Source of the DNA: Eledone cirrhosa
Taxonomy: Eukaryota
Direction: 5' to 3'
Assembly (NCBI GenBank): GCA_964016885.1
Contig: OZ024743.1
Location: forward strand, 158,534,001-158,598,000
Length of the DNA: 64,000 bases
Position numbers and translations under genes: made by a program. The stretch's first letter is position 1. Every line of letters begins with the position of its first letter. Shown here one piece after another: positions 27,486-41,770 of the stretch. The notes under the pieces are model-generated. The model was not told the origin of the DNA. It ran no database searches and saw only the letters and a program-made list of their open reading frames with translations.

Positions 27486-27862
27486 TGGAATAAGCATTGG
27501 GGGTGGGGGGGTTATTGGTAATTTTTCTAGGTTGTCTATGTTGATTTGTTTTAAAAACCAGAATTAGTTGTTTAGTTTACATATTGAGACCCCAACCCAT
27601 CCTATTTATTTTATAATGTATGGGATTTCTAGTTATGTAGTTTTTATTTTGTCATGTTTTTTAATGTATAAAGAAAATTAATTGTTGCAGGAATATTACC
27701 ACTTAAAATAACATTTTGCCAGAGATAGATTAGCAAAATTTAATAAGCTGGGTGGGTGGAATAAGGATTGGGGGTGTGTGTGTGTGTGGGGGGGGGGGTG
27801 CAACTGGAAAAATATCTGAAAAATTAATAGAGGTGGGGGCGATTATTTGAGACCGAAGAGTA
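27413..27862. mobile_element. Second copy of the TA-bounded MITE family
   Basis: TATTCTCCGGTCCCAAGTAAT ... ATTATTTGAGACCGAAGAGTA, the same TIR type as 23652-24013. Confidence 0.6.
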
Positions 27863-28761
27863 GTGTATCTTGTGTTGGCTTTGATAAGTATTTCAGTTGT
27901 TCAATTAACTGAACTACCCACTCATTGAATTATAGGGTAATCTGTATTCCATTCTTGTACCTTATATAATGTTCAGACAGAATCAATGTGACATTGTGTG
28001 ACAAGGCTGCTTTTTAGAAATTCTGGTACAGTTCATCTATTAAGTTTTCACAAATGCTCACTGTCAAGGCTATAGTTGAAGACACTTGCATAAGGTATCA
28101 TCATGTAGGGGGATCAAATCAGGTTCTTTTTTATTGCAAAGTGAACTTCTGATCATTTGGCCATATCCTGTTATTGACAATTCAATTAAGAATATAAAGC
28201 AGTTTTTAGCAATGTGATGTTAGAAATAACATTGAATGGTTTAGAATCACAGAAATATACCTTCAGTAGATAGACTAGAGAAATAACATATCATGGATTT
28301 ATCATATGAGTCACAGAAATGCTTTGGGGAAAAATGATGCAGAGGATGACTGGTAGTATACAAAGTATAAAGAGATCATTGTTCAATGTCTGAAACCTGA
28401 AACCAATAAAAGAATATTTATAATGTTATTGTTGTTGTTCTTTAGCAATATATTCAGCAGACCTAGGAATAAAAACAGTCTTGCTATGACCTGACCACTG
28501 TTTATTTCTCCAGATGTAATGTAATCTTTTGTTTTCCATTGTTTTAGATAGATCGTTGGCATTGGGTGTGAATTGAAAGAAAGATTTCCTGTTATTTCTA
28601 GCAGGCTAAACAGCCATATAGAAAGTCTCTAGTTGGGTCCCCTAAGCTCATTTTTTTTTCTTTCCACCATGTTTCATAGCATCATAGCAACCAATGTTTC
28701 TATAGAAAGCCTTTATCTTTCTTTCCTTTATCTTTCTTCCCCTATGTATGTGTGTATGAGT

Positions 28762-28816
<55 letters not shown>

Positions 28817-28848
28817 AATATAACATGTCTAAAGTAGTATATATATAT

Positions 28849-29285
28849 ATGTCACTGGACCGAGACCTTTGGCGGTACTCAGTAACAGAGAAGACCCGCC
28901 TTACCTAAATATATAGTAAAACCTACTCCAGCCAGTAGGCATCTCTAACAAAATACACCCCGTCCCACCACCACCACCCCCACCCCATCCACACCACCCC
29001 GTCCTATGTAAAGTTATGTTGGTGCCGCGCCATCCAGGCCGAAACAAATGAGATCGTGTAGGTGTCACGACAAAAAAACACACAGTCCACGCTGTAATGT
29101 GGCCGTGTAGGCAACACGGTAAAAACCTCCCAGACCTACACTGTAAATGTGGTTGGTGTTAGGAAGGGCATCCAACTGTAGAAAACCTGCCAGACAGTCC
29201 TATGCGAGCAAGACAATCACTCTTGCCTCAAGTGGGACTACCCCCGTCCAAACCCATGCAAGCGTGGAACACGGACGTTAAACGT

Positions 29286-29325
<40 letters not shown>
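28849..29325 (+). mobile_element. RTE LINE 3' fragment (copy C)
   Basis: MSLDRDLWRYSVTEKTRLT* followed by the 3' UTR and a long (GAT)n tail. Confidence 0.92.
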
Positions 29326-29326
<1 letters not shown>

Positions 29327-29670
29327 ACTTTAGACATGTTATATTTAAATACATATGTTACCTCTGATGATTCTGTTTATATATTTTCGATAATAAATCT
29401 CTGAACGTTTTTTCTCAGTATTTTAAAATGATGAAAACAAACTATAAACAGCTGCAAATATTATTTAGTTATGAATGTCTGATCTTTTGTTTCAATATGG
29501 TGGTGGTAAACAAGGGAAAAGGATTTTAAGATGTTTTATTTCCTCCCATGTTTATTTATTGCAGATGACAGAATGCTGGCCTAAAAATGTTTTATAAATA
29601 TGCATATATACATTTTGTACATCTTATACATACATAGCTAATAACTATATATATATATATATAGAGAGAG

Positions 29671-29753
<83 letters not shown>

Positions 29754-31038
29754 GCATTTACACATGTATGCCATTGAAAATCACATCTATATTTATTCAT
29801 ACTACTTAGCATTCCACTGGGTAGAAAATTTACAAACATAGATTTTCATTCCTATGTGGATGCAATGAAGAGTTTGCATGTGCATTTTACACAATGGTGT
29901 GTGGTATAGCTATCCAAGTACATGGACATTGATATTAGAAATATCCATCAATGTGGTAAACAACTTTTTTTTTTAAATTATAGACTTAAAAAAAAAAATT
30001 TATTTTACTTGTTTCAGTCATTAGACTGTGCTAATTATAGAGAAGTGGTTGTATTGCCTTCTGTGTGGCTACATTGCCTTCTGTGTGGCTACATTGACTC
30101 CCTCACACCATATTTATTGTATTGACTGCGACCTTTGATTCTATTGGTTTTGAAAGCTGAAAAGTAAAGTGGACTTAAGTGGGATTTCAATTCAAAATGC
30201 TTTGTTTCAGCTCTCTACATCCAAACCATGTCAAGGTTAACTTTGACATTCATTCTTTCATCCAGGACAGTGAATTGTTGGAATTGTCGAAGTGCTGAAT
30301 GAGATATCTTGTAGTTGTTGTGTTGTGAGTTCAGATTCTGCTGTGGCCTACTTGGATGATAAATCTGTCACCTGGTTTAATACTGCTCCCTGATCATTAG
30401 GTGCTTTTACCTGAGTTCACTCTGTTGCAAGCATTTCAACCAGGTCTTCAGTCTGAGGATACTTTCCTTCCTCCAACTAGTATAGGAAGTCCTGAAAAAC
30501 ATTAAACTTAAACATTAAAAAGATAAATAGACTGTATTTTATTGGATACTACTATTTTCTGCCATATACATATTAACAGCATATGTGACAATTTACCTAC
30601 CAAAGCTCATGTGTATATAGGCAAGATATTTACCTTTCACAGTGGTGTAGTAGATTTACAACTGAATCAGTGTTCAAGATCAGATCTCATCCATTAATTG
30701 CAATAGATGATCAAATGTTTTCACTTCATACAGCTTTTCTGTTTCTGTTCTTCACAGAAATTCTAAGCATCTCTGAACAAAAGTATTCCAGTCTTTACCT
30801 TCTATTCTGTACTTCATATTTTTTAAGTTGAGGTGTAATTTGAGGGAGATTTGGCTGCTCTAGTTCTATCATTTGAAAACCTCTATGAATCCTGTAGAAG
30901 TTCTCACATCCCTAGTGAGAAACAGGGATAGGCAGTTACACATCACCATTGTTTTATTTGTGCAAATCTATAATTTTTTCTGGTTGGATTTTGTGTGTGT
31001 GTATGTGTGCACACACACTCTATCACACACACTCTATC

Positions 31039-31081
<43 letters not shown>

Positions 31082-31407
31082 TACGTTCAGCTGTTTATCA
31101 GTTTTTCTGCCCATCCCTTGATATATTTAAATGTTTTGTGTCTGGGAGTGAATGACATCCACATTTATGCATAAAGCACCTCCATACATACACACGACCA
31201 TTCCCATCATTGCTATAACATGCTCTCTTTCATAAGATCCAGCATATTGTCAGTTTACACAATTTTGATAACACATATGCAACAAACAGCAACATACTTG
31301 TACTTAACAGTCTGCGAATTGGCAGAATTGTTAGAACCTAAGACAAAAGGCTATGGTATTTGTTTTGGTTCTGTGTTCTTGGTTCATAATCTGCCTAGAA
31401 CATGGAA

Positions 31408-31629
31408 TGGCCACCCTCATCACCAGATATCAACCCTCTTGACTATATCTTGTGGTCAATTCTTGAGAAGTAAGCTTGCTCTACTCTACACCATGATATT
31501 GGATGTCTGAAGGTAGAATTGGTGAAAGTATGGGACAATATTCCAATTAAAACCATGCATGCCACCATCCAGGCTTTTTCTAAGAGACTTGAAAGTGTTG
31601 TGAGATCAAAAGGAAAGCATATCGAATAA
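31408..31629 (+). pseudogene. Tc1/mariner-superfamily (maT/DD37D-like) transposase C-terminal remnant
   Basis: WPPSSPDINPLDYILWSILEK*ACSTLH...WDNIP...FSKRLESVVRSKGKHIE*. Confidence 0.85.
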
Positions 31630-31673
31630 GATTTGATGGTGTTAATAAACATTTTATTAATTACTTTGTGCAA

Positions 31674-31890
31674 TAAGGCAGTGGATTGGCAGTATCAGTA
31701 GACGGTTGGATGCCATGCTTTGCAGCATAGAGTTATGGCCCTTTATGATCTGAGTTCAAATCCCGCTGAGGTTAACTTTGCCTTTCATCTGTATGGGGTC
31801 GATAAAATAAATTACTAGTCACGTACTGGAGTCAATTTAATCGACTTCCCCCTTCCCCAAAATTGCTGGCCGTGGCCTATATAAGAAACC
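31674..31890 (+). mobile_element. tRNA-derived SINE with Meta-domain-like core
   Basis: B box GAGTTCAAATCC and GCCTTTCATC..GGGTCGATAAAATAA. 18-bp TSD ATTAATTACTTTGTGCAA at 31656-31673 and 31891-31908. Confidence 0.85.
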
Positions 31891-32388
31891 ATTAATTACT
31901 TTGTGCAACAATTGTAGCTAGATACATTAGATATTGAAGGAGTTATAAGCATTTTATTCTGTAACAGTATTTATGCTGCATTCTGTAGTTGACTACAATC
32001 CTCCTTTCTCATTGCAGCTTTCATAACTAGTTACAGTCCCACGGTCAGAGTATTAGCCCTGGCCATTGGTGGGGTTTGAAATTATAGGTGGAATTAGAGC
32101 ACAATGCAAAGTACTAGAAGAATGTATGAAAGATAAAGTTGATCTCAGCAGGATTAAAACTCAAAGTGCAGAAATCTGGAACAAATAACTCAAGATATTC
32201 TATTCTATCTAACACTGCCAACAACTCTGTCAATTTGTCACCAAATGAAATGCTAGTCATAAACTAGTTCAATTATAGTAATTTCACTCTTTCCATTCAT
32301 TATTGACTGCTGTGCTTTGGGCTAGACCAGATAGGATGCCTGCCCTAGATCATTCCTGGTTGAGCATCAACCATATGCCATGTCTGCT

Positions 32389-32437
<49 letters not shown>

Positions 32438-33469
32438 CCATGTATAACTCTTTAAAATTTACACACACATACACACACAGAATTTCATGTCAGTTCTTGT
32501 TACAATTAGATCGCTTTCCAATCACAAGGTTCTGGATTCTAACCCTACATTTGTTCTTGTAAATAGTTATTTCCCCATAGTTACTTATACATATAATTCT
32601 GTGTCATAAAGTACATGACATACTGAATATTTATGTAATTATATCGGAAAAGAATTATTAAAAAGTTATTTTTATTTTTAATCATTTCCACACATTAGTA
32701 ATCAACATATATTCTGGAGTTTGCCGTATGTAAACCATAAATCTATATCAAAATGCATATATCCAGTAATCCTGGTAGATAAAAGGCATTTCAGCTATGA
32801 TCATCCCATTTTTTTTATTATACATGTTTGGTGAATGTGTCCATAAGAATTTGATTTGAGGGAATTTCTCTGTTGTTTCTAGCAGGTCAAGTAATATTGT
32901 AGATGTTCTCTCTTAGTGTGTGTGTGTGTGTGTGTGTGTGTTTCAGTGCCTGTCTATGAGAAAATTCTTTTTTGTCTGCCCCCAAGGGGCTCTTATTGCT
33001 CTTATTGGTTGTTCAGAGTAACAAGTAACATCAGGAATAAGAAGTTAAAAAATTATCCCCTTTCTCCCTCTTACTCTATACTGCTCCCTATTCTATTTTA
33101 ATGTAACTTTCTCCCAGACTGCAAGAATTAACTCACCTATTTGAACATTAGGGAAGTGAAAGTTTATACTTTTCTACCTTTACACACACGAACATATATA
33201 GATGGATGTAAGTAAATGAGAGTAAGATACAAACATCTATCAGAATATAAGCATAACAGTTTACATATATACATATATATAATCATCATCATCATTTAAC
33301 TTCCATTTTTTTTCATACTAGCATGGGTTAGACAAGTCCCATAGTGAAACAAGTCAGATCAGGTGACTGTGTCTGGCTCATACAGAACTGGCTCTGGCTT
33401 GGTTTCTATGGCTGGATGCCCTTTCTAATGCCAAGCACATTTACAGTGTGTACATATATACATATCATC

Positions 33470-33816
33470 ATCATTCATCATCATCATTTCATTTTACGTC
33501 CGCTTTTTCCCTGCTTGCAAGGGTGGGAAGGGAACTGATTCTGGCTTGATTTCTACAGCTGGATGCCCTTCCTAACACCAACCTCATTTACAGTGAGTGC
33601 TGGGTGCTTTTTTGCCGTGGCACCTCCACGACTACTTTGCAGTGGAATGATATGGATCCCAGTCCCTATCATCTCATTTCTACAGTTGAGTAAACTGGAG
33701 CAATGTGAAATAAAGTGTCTTGCTCAAGGAAACAACACATCACCCGGTCTGAGAATTGAACTCACAACCTTTCGATTGCAAGGCCAATGCTCTAACCACT
33801 AAGCCATGTGCCTCCA
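33470..33816 (-). mobile_element. SINE: tRNA/CORE-like head fused to RTE 3' tail (second copy)
   Basis: Highly similar to 24270-24617. Confidence 0.8.
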
Positions 33817-35594
33817 TATTACAATTGATCAAAAGAACATCTATTTTATTAATATTTGTATTTTAATCAAAAGAACATCTATTTTATTAATATTTGTATT
33901 TTAATATTAATAACTCTGGAAAATTATTTTTCGTAGAGTGCTTCCAATCTACCGTAAAACTCATTCTTTGACATACTCATTGAATCTTGTTTAACTATTT
34001 AAAAAATATATATATATATGTATGTGTGTATTATATGTATATATATTAGGACATATTGCTCATGTCTCTTTCTTTTCCTCCCTTTGTGTTTTTTTTTCCA
34101 GCCTTATTACATCTATTGAATTTAATGCCCATGTTTTGCTATCATGCAACATCACACTTTGCAGATAAAGATCTGCCTTTTACTTGGTCATGTCTGCCCA
34201 GGACTTTCTTTGTCTACCCCTACTGTGGCTTCCTTCTACTGGCATTTCCTGGCACTTCTTCACTCATCAATCATCATTCATGCGCATCATATATCCATAC
34301 CAACACAGTCTTCTCTCCTGCATACCACCTTAAACTTGTATATATATTGAAAAAGCTGAGTTTCAACTCAGTTTTAAAGTCACTTTTAACTTTATTATAA
34401 ATAAATTGATATTTAACGTTACTGTAAGTATTGAGTCCATTATCAGATACTGCTTAGTCTAGTTTTAATATAACTCTATATGTTATACAACTTTACATTA
34501 ACCTGCAAACACACATGCACTTGTATGCTCCCTCTCCATGGCAACCTATGTTTTCTGACTAACCATACGTACATGCACGTGCATGTGCACACACATGCAC
34601 GACTGAATCATTGACTGGCAGTTGCATATGTTTTCCAACGATAGTCAGGCTTGTGCCTACATTTCTGACCTTCTAATTACATTATTGTCTTAAAAGTCAT
34701 AAGTCATATTGGACAATGAAACAGGATGGTCATAGCTAGAACAACTGTGATCATAGATTTGTTCAATCAAGCTAAATATCATCATTGTTTAACATCTATT
34801 TTCCACGCTAGCATGGGTTAGACGGATTGTCTCATTTGAGGCAAGTCAGGTGAGGTGAATGTGTCTTGCTTATACAGAACTGTTTCTGGCTTGGTTTCTA
34901 AAGCTGGATGCCCTTCCTAATGCCAACCCCATTTACAGTGTTGGCTGGGTGCTTTTTGTCGTGGCATCTATATGACCACTTTACTGTGTGTGCTGGGTGC
35001 TTTTTGTTGTGATGCCTACACAACCACTTTAATGTATGTGCTGAGTGCCTTTTGCCATGATACACGACCATTTTAAAGTGTAGACTGGGTGCCTTTTATC
35101 ATGGCACCATTATGACAAATAACTACTACTAATACTACTATTAATCCATTGACATACATTCTCTCAAAATTCACATCTCTCTTTCTCTGACAGTCTTTCT
35201 TCAGACTATGTTTCCCTTCCACCAAAATACTCCTAATATTTTCTTCCACTTTTCACTCCCAGTTCTCACTTCACATGTTATCAATCATAATAGGCATCAT
35301 ATGTACCACATAGATAGGCTGTGCAACTTGCTATTTGCTGTTAACTGTACATTGTACTTAATAACTTGTCACCCCTCCCCTCTCACTCCTGCAACACCTT
35401 TGTGAGTCTTTGTGGAAAAGAATTCCTGGCTCTCTTCTGCCTGATCAGGCACATTGTTTTCTCCCTACCTCCTCCTTCTCATATCCTTAGCACATACATG
35501 ACCACTCACACTCTTGAAGGTGATTAATTTACTAACCCCCACAGCTGAGGAGAAGAGTTTAAACTATGTCAGTGGATTAGTAGGAGTTATTTAA

Positions 35595-35765
35595 CACCGG
35601 GTCAGCCCTGATCGAGCAAATCTATGATCATGGGTGTTCTAGCTATGACCATCCTATTTCATTGTCCAATGCGACTTTTTTAAAGATAATAGGATGTATT
35701 TAGAAGGTAATTTGGCTGCTAGTTCTAGCAGGTTAAACAACCAGATAGGGTTTCTGTTGTTAGCT
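35595..35765 (+). repeat. Old, abundant dispersed repeat (representative copy)
   Basis: GGTCAGCCCTGATCGAGCA..CTATGATC...GACCATCC...TTTGGCTGCTA.TTCTAGCAGG. Degenerate copies near 260-410, 1130-1280, 28450-28630, 32780-32900, 51750-51950 and 56300-56450. Confidence 0.7.
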
Positions 35766-38297
35766 CATGGCAGTAGTAAATATTCAAACATAACAGTTTG
35801 AAATCAGAAGGAGAGAAAGGTTCTGTGCTAATTGCCAACTGGTATTAAGAAGCAGGTGAAAGCTTGTATGAAAGTGTCAGACCTTTTGTTGGACTAAGTG
35901 GAACGTGAATACATACTAATGAGTATTAGAGGAAGGGATGGTTTCTGTGAGAATGACACACAGTTTGGCAAGTTTCTAAGATCCCAAGCTAAGAAGTGGA
36001 AGAGTTGTTATTATGGCTCACATGCATAGGATTAGCTAGCATCCCATACTATGTCATCATTTTTCCAGTGACAGGTCATGGGACCTAAACTCAGATCGCA
36101 CAGAGCCAGAACACATGCCACAAAGCACTTCATCTGATCCGCTAACCATTTTAGGTTGCTAGAAACATCTGTTATTGACATGACTTTAGACATTGTCTTC
36201 GACCAAGGCGTACTTTTTAATTCTTTACCAATCCACCACCTAAGATTAGTACTTATTTCATTGACACCAAAATGATTAAAGGAAAGGTTGACTTGCTGGC
36301 ATGGGTTGGACAAGGCATTTTGAGGCAATGTTTTATAGCCTGATATCCTTCCTTACACTAAACCTTTTAGTTGTTTCTTATGACATGCAGGGATACAGTG
36401 TACCTATTCCAAAATGGATATATATATATATATATATTTATCATCATCATCATTGCAGTCCATTGACTAAACCAGTAAAACAATAAAAGGACTTGTATTT
36501 TATCAAATCATGTGGGCCAAAATAGATTTTAATCCAATATTCTATTATTATATTGTAATTGTTAGCATATGTTATTTAAAACAAATTCATTTTTCATCAT
36601 TAAAAAAAAAAGCCAACAATGTACGTATGTACATATGTGAGTACGTACGCACCAAACAAAATTTATTATTATTGTAGTCCAAAAATTGTCAATGTTGGCT
36701 CGTAAACTTTACTCCTTACTTATATATGATCTCTGCAGCCAAATTATGGATAACTGTCCAAAGTTTGGAAAATGCCTGTTTTTAAAGTATTTGCTTACAT
36801 ATTTTCACACATCACTGTAACCTGGTTATTAATGAACAAATGAGGGAGCTTTTATGTGGTTGCTCAACCTGATAGTAATAGTAGTCAATTCTCTCTGAAA
36901 TCTACCCTATCATTTTAAATAAACAGGGATATATTGGACAGAGTAGTTGCTGACATACAAAAAGGTAGGATGGTCACAATTAGAATGCCTTTTGTCATAA
37001 GCCTGCTCAACAACAGCTACCACCACCACCACCACCTGGTTAATAAAGTGTTATATGTTAGCCAAGAACATTTTTCTTAACATGAATTAATAAGCTTGTT
37101 ATAAAAACAAATTTATCAAGGAGGCAGGGTGGGCTTCTGTCTAACTTAAGTCTAACAGGTTTTTAATCCCCTTTCATGAAGTATTTTGATAACTTTATTA
37201 AATAGACTAAGGTAGCAATCTCTTTATAAGTGCAGACCTATTTATAGTTGGCTAGTCTGATCTTAGAACCATCTGTAGACATCAATAAAGCCTAATATTG
37301 CAAACTCAGTACATTAAGTTCATTTATATCAGAAGAATTTCAGATGCAATATATTGCTGTATAAACTCACTGATTTCTCAAATAGTTATTAATTTATCAC
37401 TTTATAAAGGCTGTATAGTCTCTCACTTCTTAAGCAAGACAGATTCAAGAATATGTCAGAAAATACTTTATCATCTCTCAACATTCATTCACTTTATTAT
37501 ACAAAGCAACTTGTTCCCACACATCTGGGAGCTGTAATCACCACTATGTACATGAATATTCAAATACATGAGCCAACAAAGGTGCCTCTATGTGGTAGTT
37601 TTATCTGCTAGTAATAGCGACTAAATCTTCATCAAATTACAACTGAAAGAAAGATGGATGATTGTGACAGATGGACTCGAGTCAATTTAGGATTAAGCAA
37701 CAGCAGCCATGACAACAACAATAACAACACATTCAAATACAAAAAAAAAAAAAATACATGTCTGGTAACAAAACTTCAATTTTATCAATCCACTGGGTTA
37801 ATGAAAGAGCTTTTATGCATTCATTTGTCTTGCTGTATCAGTCTCATTTGTACCGTCACAACCAGCACTGTCACTACCACTGTCAACACACTCCAATAAA
37901 GCTCACTGACAGTACACTCCACTGAAAAGAAGTAGCCAAATCTCCCTCAAATCAGATATGTCCTATAAACATTATAAACATGTTGGACAATGTAGTCCTA
38001 CATACCCCTAAAAAGTCAGGTTGGATGGGTTGTTATGGTCGAAGACTAGATGAGCTGGTGGTCAGGGAGTTTGTCTGGATCAATGTTTCATCTCAAAAAT
38101 GGAATGTATGAGAAAGATGTGTTTCTCCCCCACCACTTAGACTTTCTAGTTTCTGATCACGACAGCCTGTCCAACCCAAGCAAGCATGGAAAGGAAAGCA
38201 GACATAAAAGGATGATGAGGATGATTTAGCCCCAGGTCAGCCCTTATAAAGCAGACTTATTCATTCCAGTGTGACCATCCTGTATTTTTAGAAATAT

Positions 38298-39385
38298 GTG
38301 TGGCCACTTCCAACACTGCTGCACGTGTCAATCCTGTTCATGAAAATAATGAACAGAAGTGACAGTACATACCCTAGATGGAGTCCAACTCCCACATTGA
38401 ATGGTTTCGATTTAGCACCATTTTTCCGAATGCAAATTCTTGGCCATTCGTATAGAGACATCAGGGCAGCAAGAAGCTGACTGTCGATCTCATACTCCTG
38501 CAGAACCCTCTACAGCAGGTCCCAAGGAATCCTGTCATATACCTTTTCGAGTTCTCCAAAACACGAAAATACCACTTGGCAACACTCCCACGATATCTTG
38601 AAGACTTGCCACAGTGTGAATATTTGGTTGGCTGTGCTGGGTCTGCAGCGAAAACCACACTGTTCATCAGCTAGCTTGGACTCAACAATCTCCCTGTATC
38701 TCTTTGTCAGACTCTTAGCATAGATTTTACTGGGGAGGCATAACAAGGAGATCCATCTGTTATTGGAACAATCTCTCTTGTCTTCGGTTTTGAAAATTAG
38801 GATTATCACTTCCGATTGCCATGGCTTAGGTGCCTTTCCAGAGGTCCAGGCTACCTGGCATACATGAGTCAGCCAGAGAATACCTTCTCCATTTAAGGCT
38901 TTCAACATCTCTGGCTGAATTTTATCTTCCCCATCGGCCATGCCACATTTGAGCTCTTTAACTGCTCTTGTGACCTCAGCCTTTGAGAGAGTAGTTGTTG
39001 CTCCCAGATGCACTTTGTGTACATCAGAAGATGCTGTTGTGATTGGGTTTAGGAGATCAGCAAAGTATTCTCTCCACCTTGCAAGGATGCACCTCTCTGA
39101 AGAGAGAACCCCAGTCGTGTTCCTGATAGGTGTGGAGTAGGACTTCTTATTATCAAGTCAGCAGATGGTCTGCCAGAACACTTCATTTGCTGATCTGAAG
39201 TTGGATTCCAGCTTAACCCCAAAGTCCTCTCATGTCTTAACTTTAGACGCCTTTACTGTCTCTGCTGCAATCCTTTGTGCCTGCTTGTACCGCAAGTGTA
39301 AGGAGGAGGACATATTTGCTAGCCTTCTTCTTTGCTTGGATGGCATCTTTGACCTCTTGATTGAACCAAGGGACCTAGCCTGATC
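38298..39385 (-). mobile_element. Second RTE family (Rex3/Expander-like) RT N-terminal fragment
   Basis: GEDKIQPEMLKALNGEGILWLTHVCQVAW...ISLLCLPSKIYA...EQCGFR...ELEKVYDRIP. Confidence 0.85.
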
Positions 39386-40164
39386 AGTTGAAGATGTTGC
39401 CTTAGACAGGGCCTACTAGAAGGAGTGTTTGAAGATTCTATCCCATGACCTTCTCAGGAATAATAATAATAAGGAAGAGGAGGAAGAGAAGATCATCCAA
39501 TGACTTAGTTGCATTTTTAAAAAGCACAAAAAATTTATTATTAAATTTATGACCTACATCAGAACCCACTTGCCGGAGTGTGGAAGGTCAGGGTTGGGGG
39601 TATAGTACAAGCATTACTTGTTTTCCTTAGACTGTCTAATAAATATATATAAAAAAAAAACTCAACAGAACAAAATTCCAAAATATATGACGTTATTCAT
39701 TACAGAGTGTATAGTGTGTACAGTGGGTCCTCCAAACTAGACTAAAACCTCACATAACTGGCACACTGGGTCACTTCTTCCTGCTACCTTCTCCAACTTT
39801 GATAAATAACCCTGTCTCATGGGTCAGTACAAGTTGAAATAATTAATATTACTCATGAATGCCGACAAAGATGATGATCTACTAGTACAGCAACTGTATT
39901 TACTGTTGACTATTTATCACCTTTTACATGTTGAATGAAATTACTATCAACTTTAGTGGCACTTGACTGAGTTAAGAGTCAACTTATCTCATAAATTCAA
40001 GGAGAGTAAGATAATGAATAAAAAATGGAATTAGGATTTTGTTTAAGTTAAACACTGAAAAATCATTTTTTAAATAGACACCAATGTTTTGTTGTTGTTT
40101 TTTCATTCAACATGTGTGGGTAAACAGTTGTAGATGAAGGAGAAGTTTGTTTGGATTTTTGAAA

Positions 40165-40550
40165 ATGGTGACTACGAAAGAAAATTTTGTAGAAGAAATC
40201 TTTATGGATTCTTTATGGATTCTGATATGGATGATGAATTTTTAGCAAGCCGATATTGATGGTGAAGTAGTAGAGTATAACAGTGGTGACAGTGACAGCA
40301 GCGATGATCTGGAAAGCAATGTACCGAGTGGGCACGCTCATCCTTGGTTGATGAATTTTTTGGAGAGTACTGGCCCCAAAGAAGTGCCTGATGGCATTTC
40401 CAAAGGCCAACTTTTTCGTCTGTTTTTTTTACAGATAAAATAATTTTATTACTTGTTAATGAAACAAATAAATATGCCAACCAGGTAAAAGAAATGAGAG
40501 GTGCACATGCTGGTACTCATTGGTATATCAATTCGTGGAGAGAGGTTAGT
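40165..40550 (+). pseudogene. piggyBac (PGBD4-like) transposase N-terminal remnant
   Basis: Acidic N-terminus followed by ..STGP..LFRLFFTDKIILLLVNETNKYANQ...WREV, read across frameshifts. Confidence 0.75.
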
Positions 40551-40920
40551 TACTGTTAGGTTGCTATTTCTAGCAGGTCAAGTGACTGTTTGAGGTTTTT
40601 TTTATTGGCTTGGTAAATGTACTTAGATAAATGAACATCACTATGGGATTTTTTGGATCGTTTTGATAATAGACTAAACGAGACATCACTAGCCTCTCTC
40701 TTAGCTCACGGGAATAGTCATCATGACCTTCTCACAGTGCATTGGCGGCGAGAGGGATAGGGAGAGAAAGGATGAGGAGTGCGAGCAAAAGGAGAATCAA
40801 CCCTAGTATTGAGTGGTATTTAATATATTCTATTTGATGTATTAAGTACTCCCTTCTCTCATTTACATGTTCTTTGAAATATGTGTGTATGTCAATACAT
40901 ATAAATAAATATATACATAA

Positions 40921-41270
40921 CTAGCTGACATACCCAGCTTCGCCTGGGTAAACAGATAAGAGAAGACAGGTAAAAGAGAAAATGACTGTATTGGATGTTT
41001 GCCTGGTTACAGTATGAGGCGAGTCCGTGGTGTCTGTGTGATACAGAAAACAGTAAAAAAAATCTTCCAGATATACCAGATTCTTCATTGTACCGTTTGT
41101 GCATAGTATATGAACAATTCTAGGTGTTCCCACCTAGAATAGTGACCTCTAGGAGATGGTTCATCTTCTGCCTGACTGTAAAACGTGTATCATTGCATAG
41201 ACGTGGTTCTTCCACGTTTCTCAAAAGGATGATGGAAGTTCCAATCTTTTATATTATATGTAGATATAGA
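40921..41270 (-). mobile_element. Non-autonomous Helitron (about 350 bp)
   Basis: A|CTAG 3' terminus with hairpin TACCCAG..CTGGGTA. The opposite end ...TATAGA reads 5' TC on the minus strand. Confidence 0.75.
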
Positions 41271-41279
41271 TATAGATAA

Positions 41280-41770
41280 TTAGTATAAAAGATATCCGTC
41301 AATGTAAAAGAAGGTCCCTATTTACTCCCTTCACAACTCTGTGTATGTTAGACTGACAGACAGGCACACAGACAGATAAACAGTGTGGCGATTGTGGAAC
41401 ACCACACACAGAAGCATGGAATCGCGCACATGCACACAAACTTGCACACACTCACACATGTTCATAGTTTTTACTTTCTGTGGAACACTGCACGCACACA
41501 CACATAAACATACGTGCATGTACATACACGCGCACGTTAATAGTTATTGCTTTCCTTCACCTCTTATTTCCACACACATCACACACACACATGTCTACAC
41601 TGACACATATAGCGTTCACACTCTCCCCTCTCACTCCCTCATTGGCATTATGCATATTAATTTCAGTTTGGCGTTGTTGAGGTGGGCGGAGTCGTTTAAA
41701 ACCTATGAACCAATGATAATCGAGAATTATGACACACGGAATACTGACGTTGTTGAAATTAATATATAGA
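41280..41770 (-). mobile_element. Probable second non-autonomous Helitron in tandem
   Basis: Ends ...AATTAATATATAGA|T (5' TC on the minus strand), CA-rich body, degenerate 3' end. Confidence 0.45.

Noticed and set aside
33828-33905. 38-bp tandem duplication (similar short duplications near 23060, 30054 and 42215-42275)
   Set aside because: Ordinary local slippage with no further structure.
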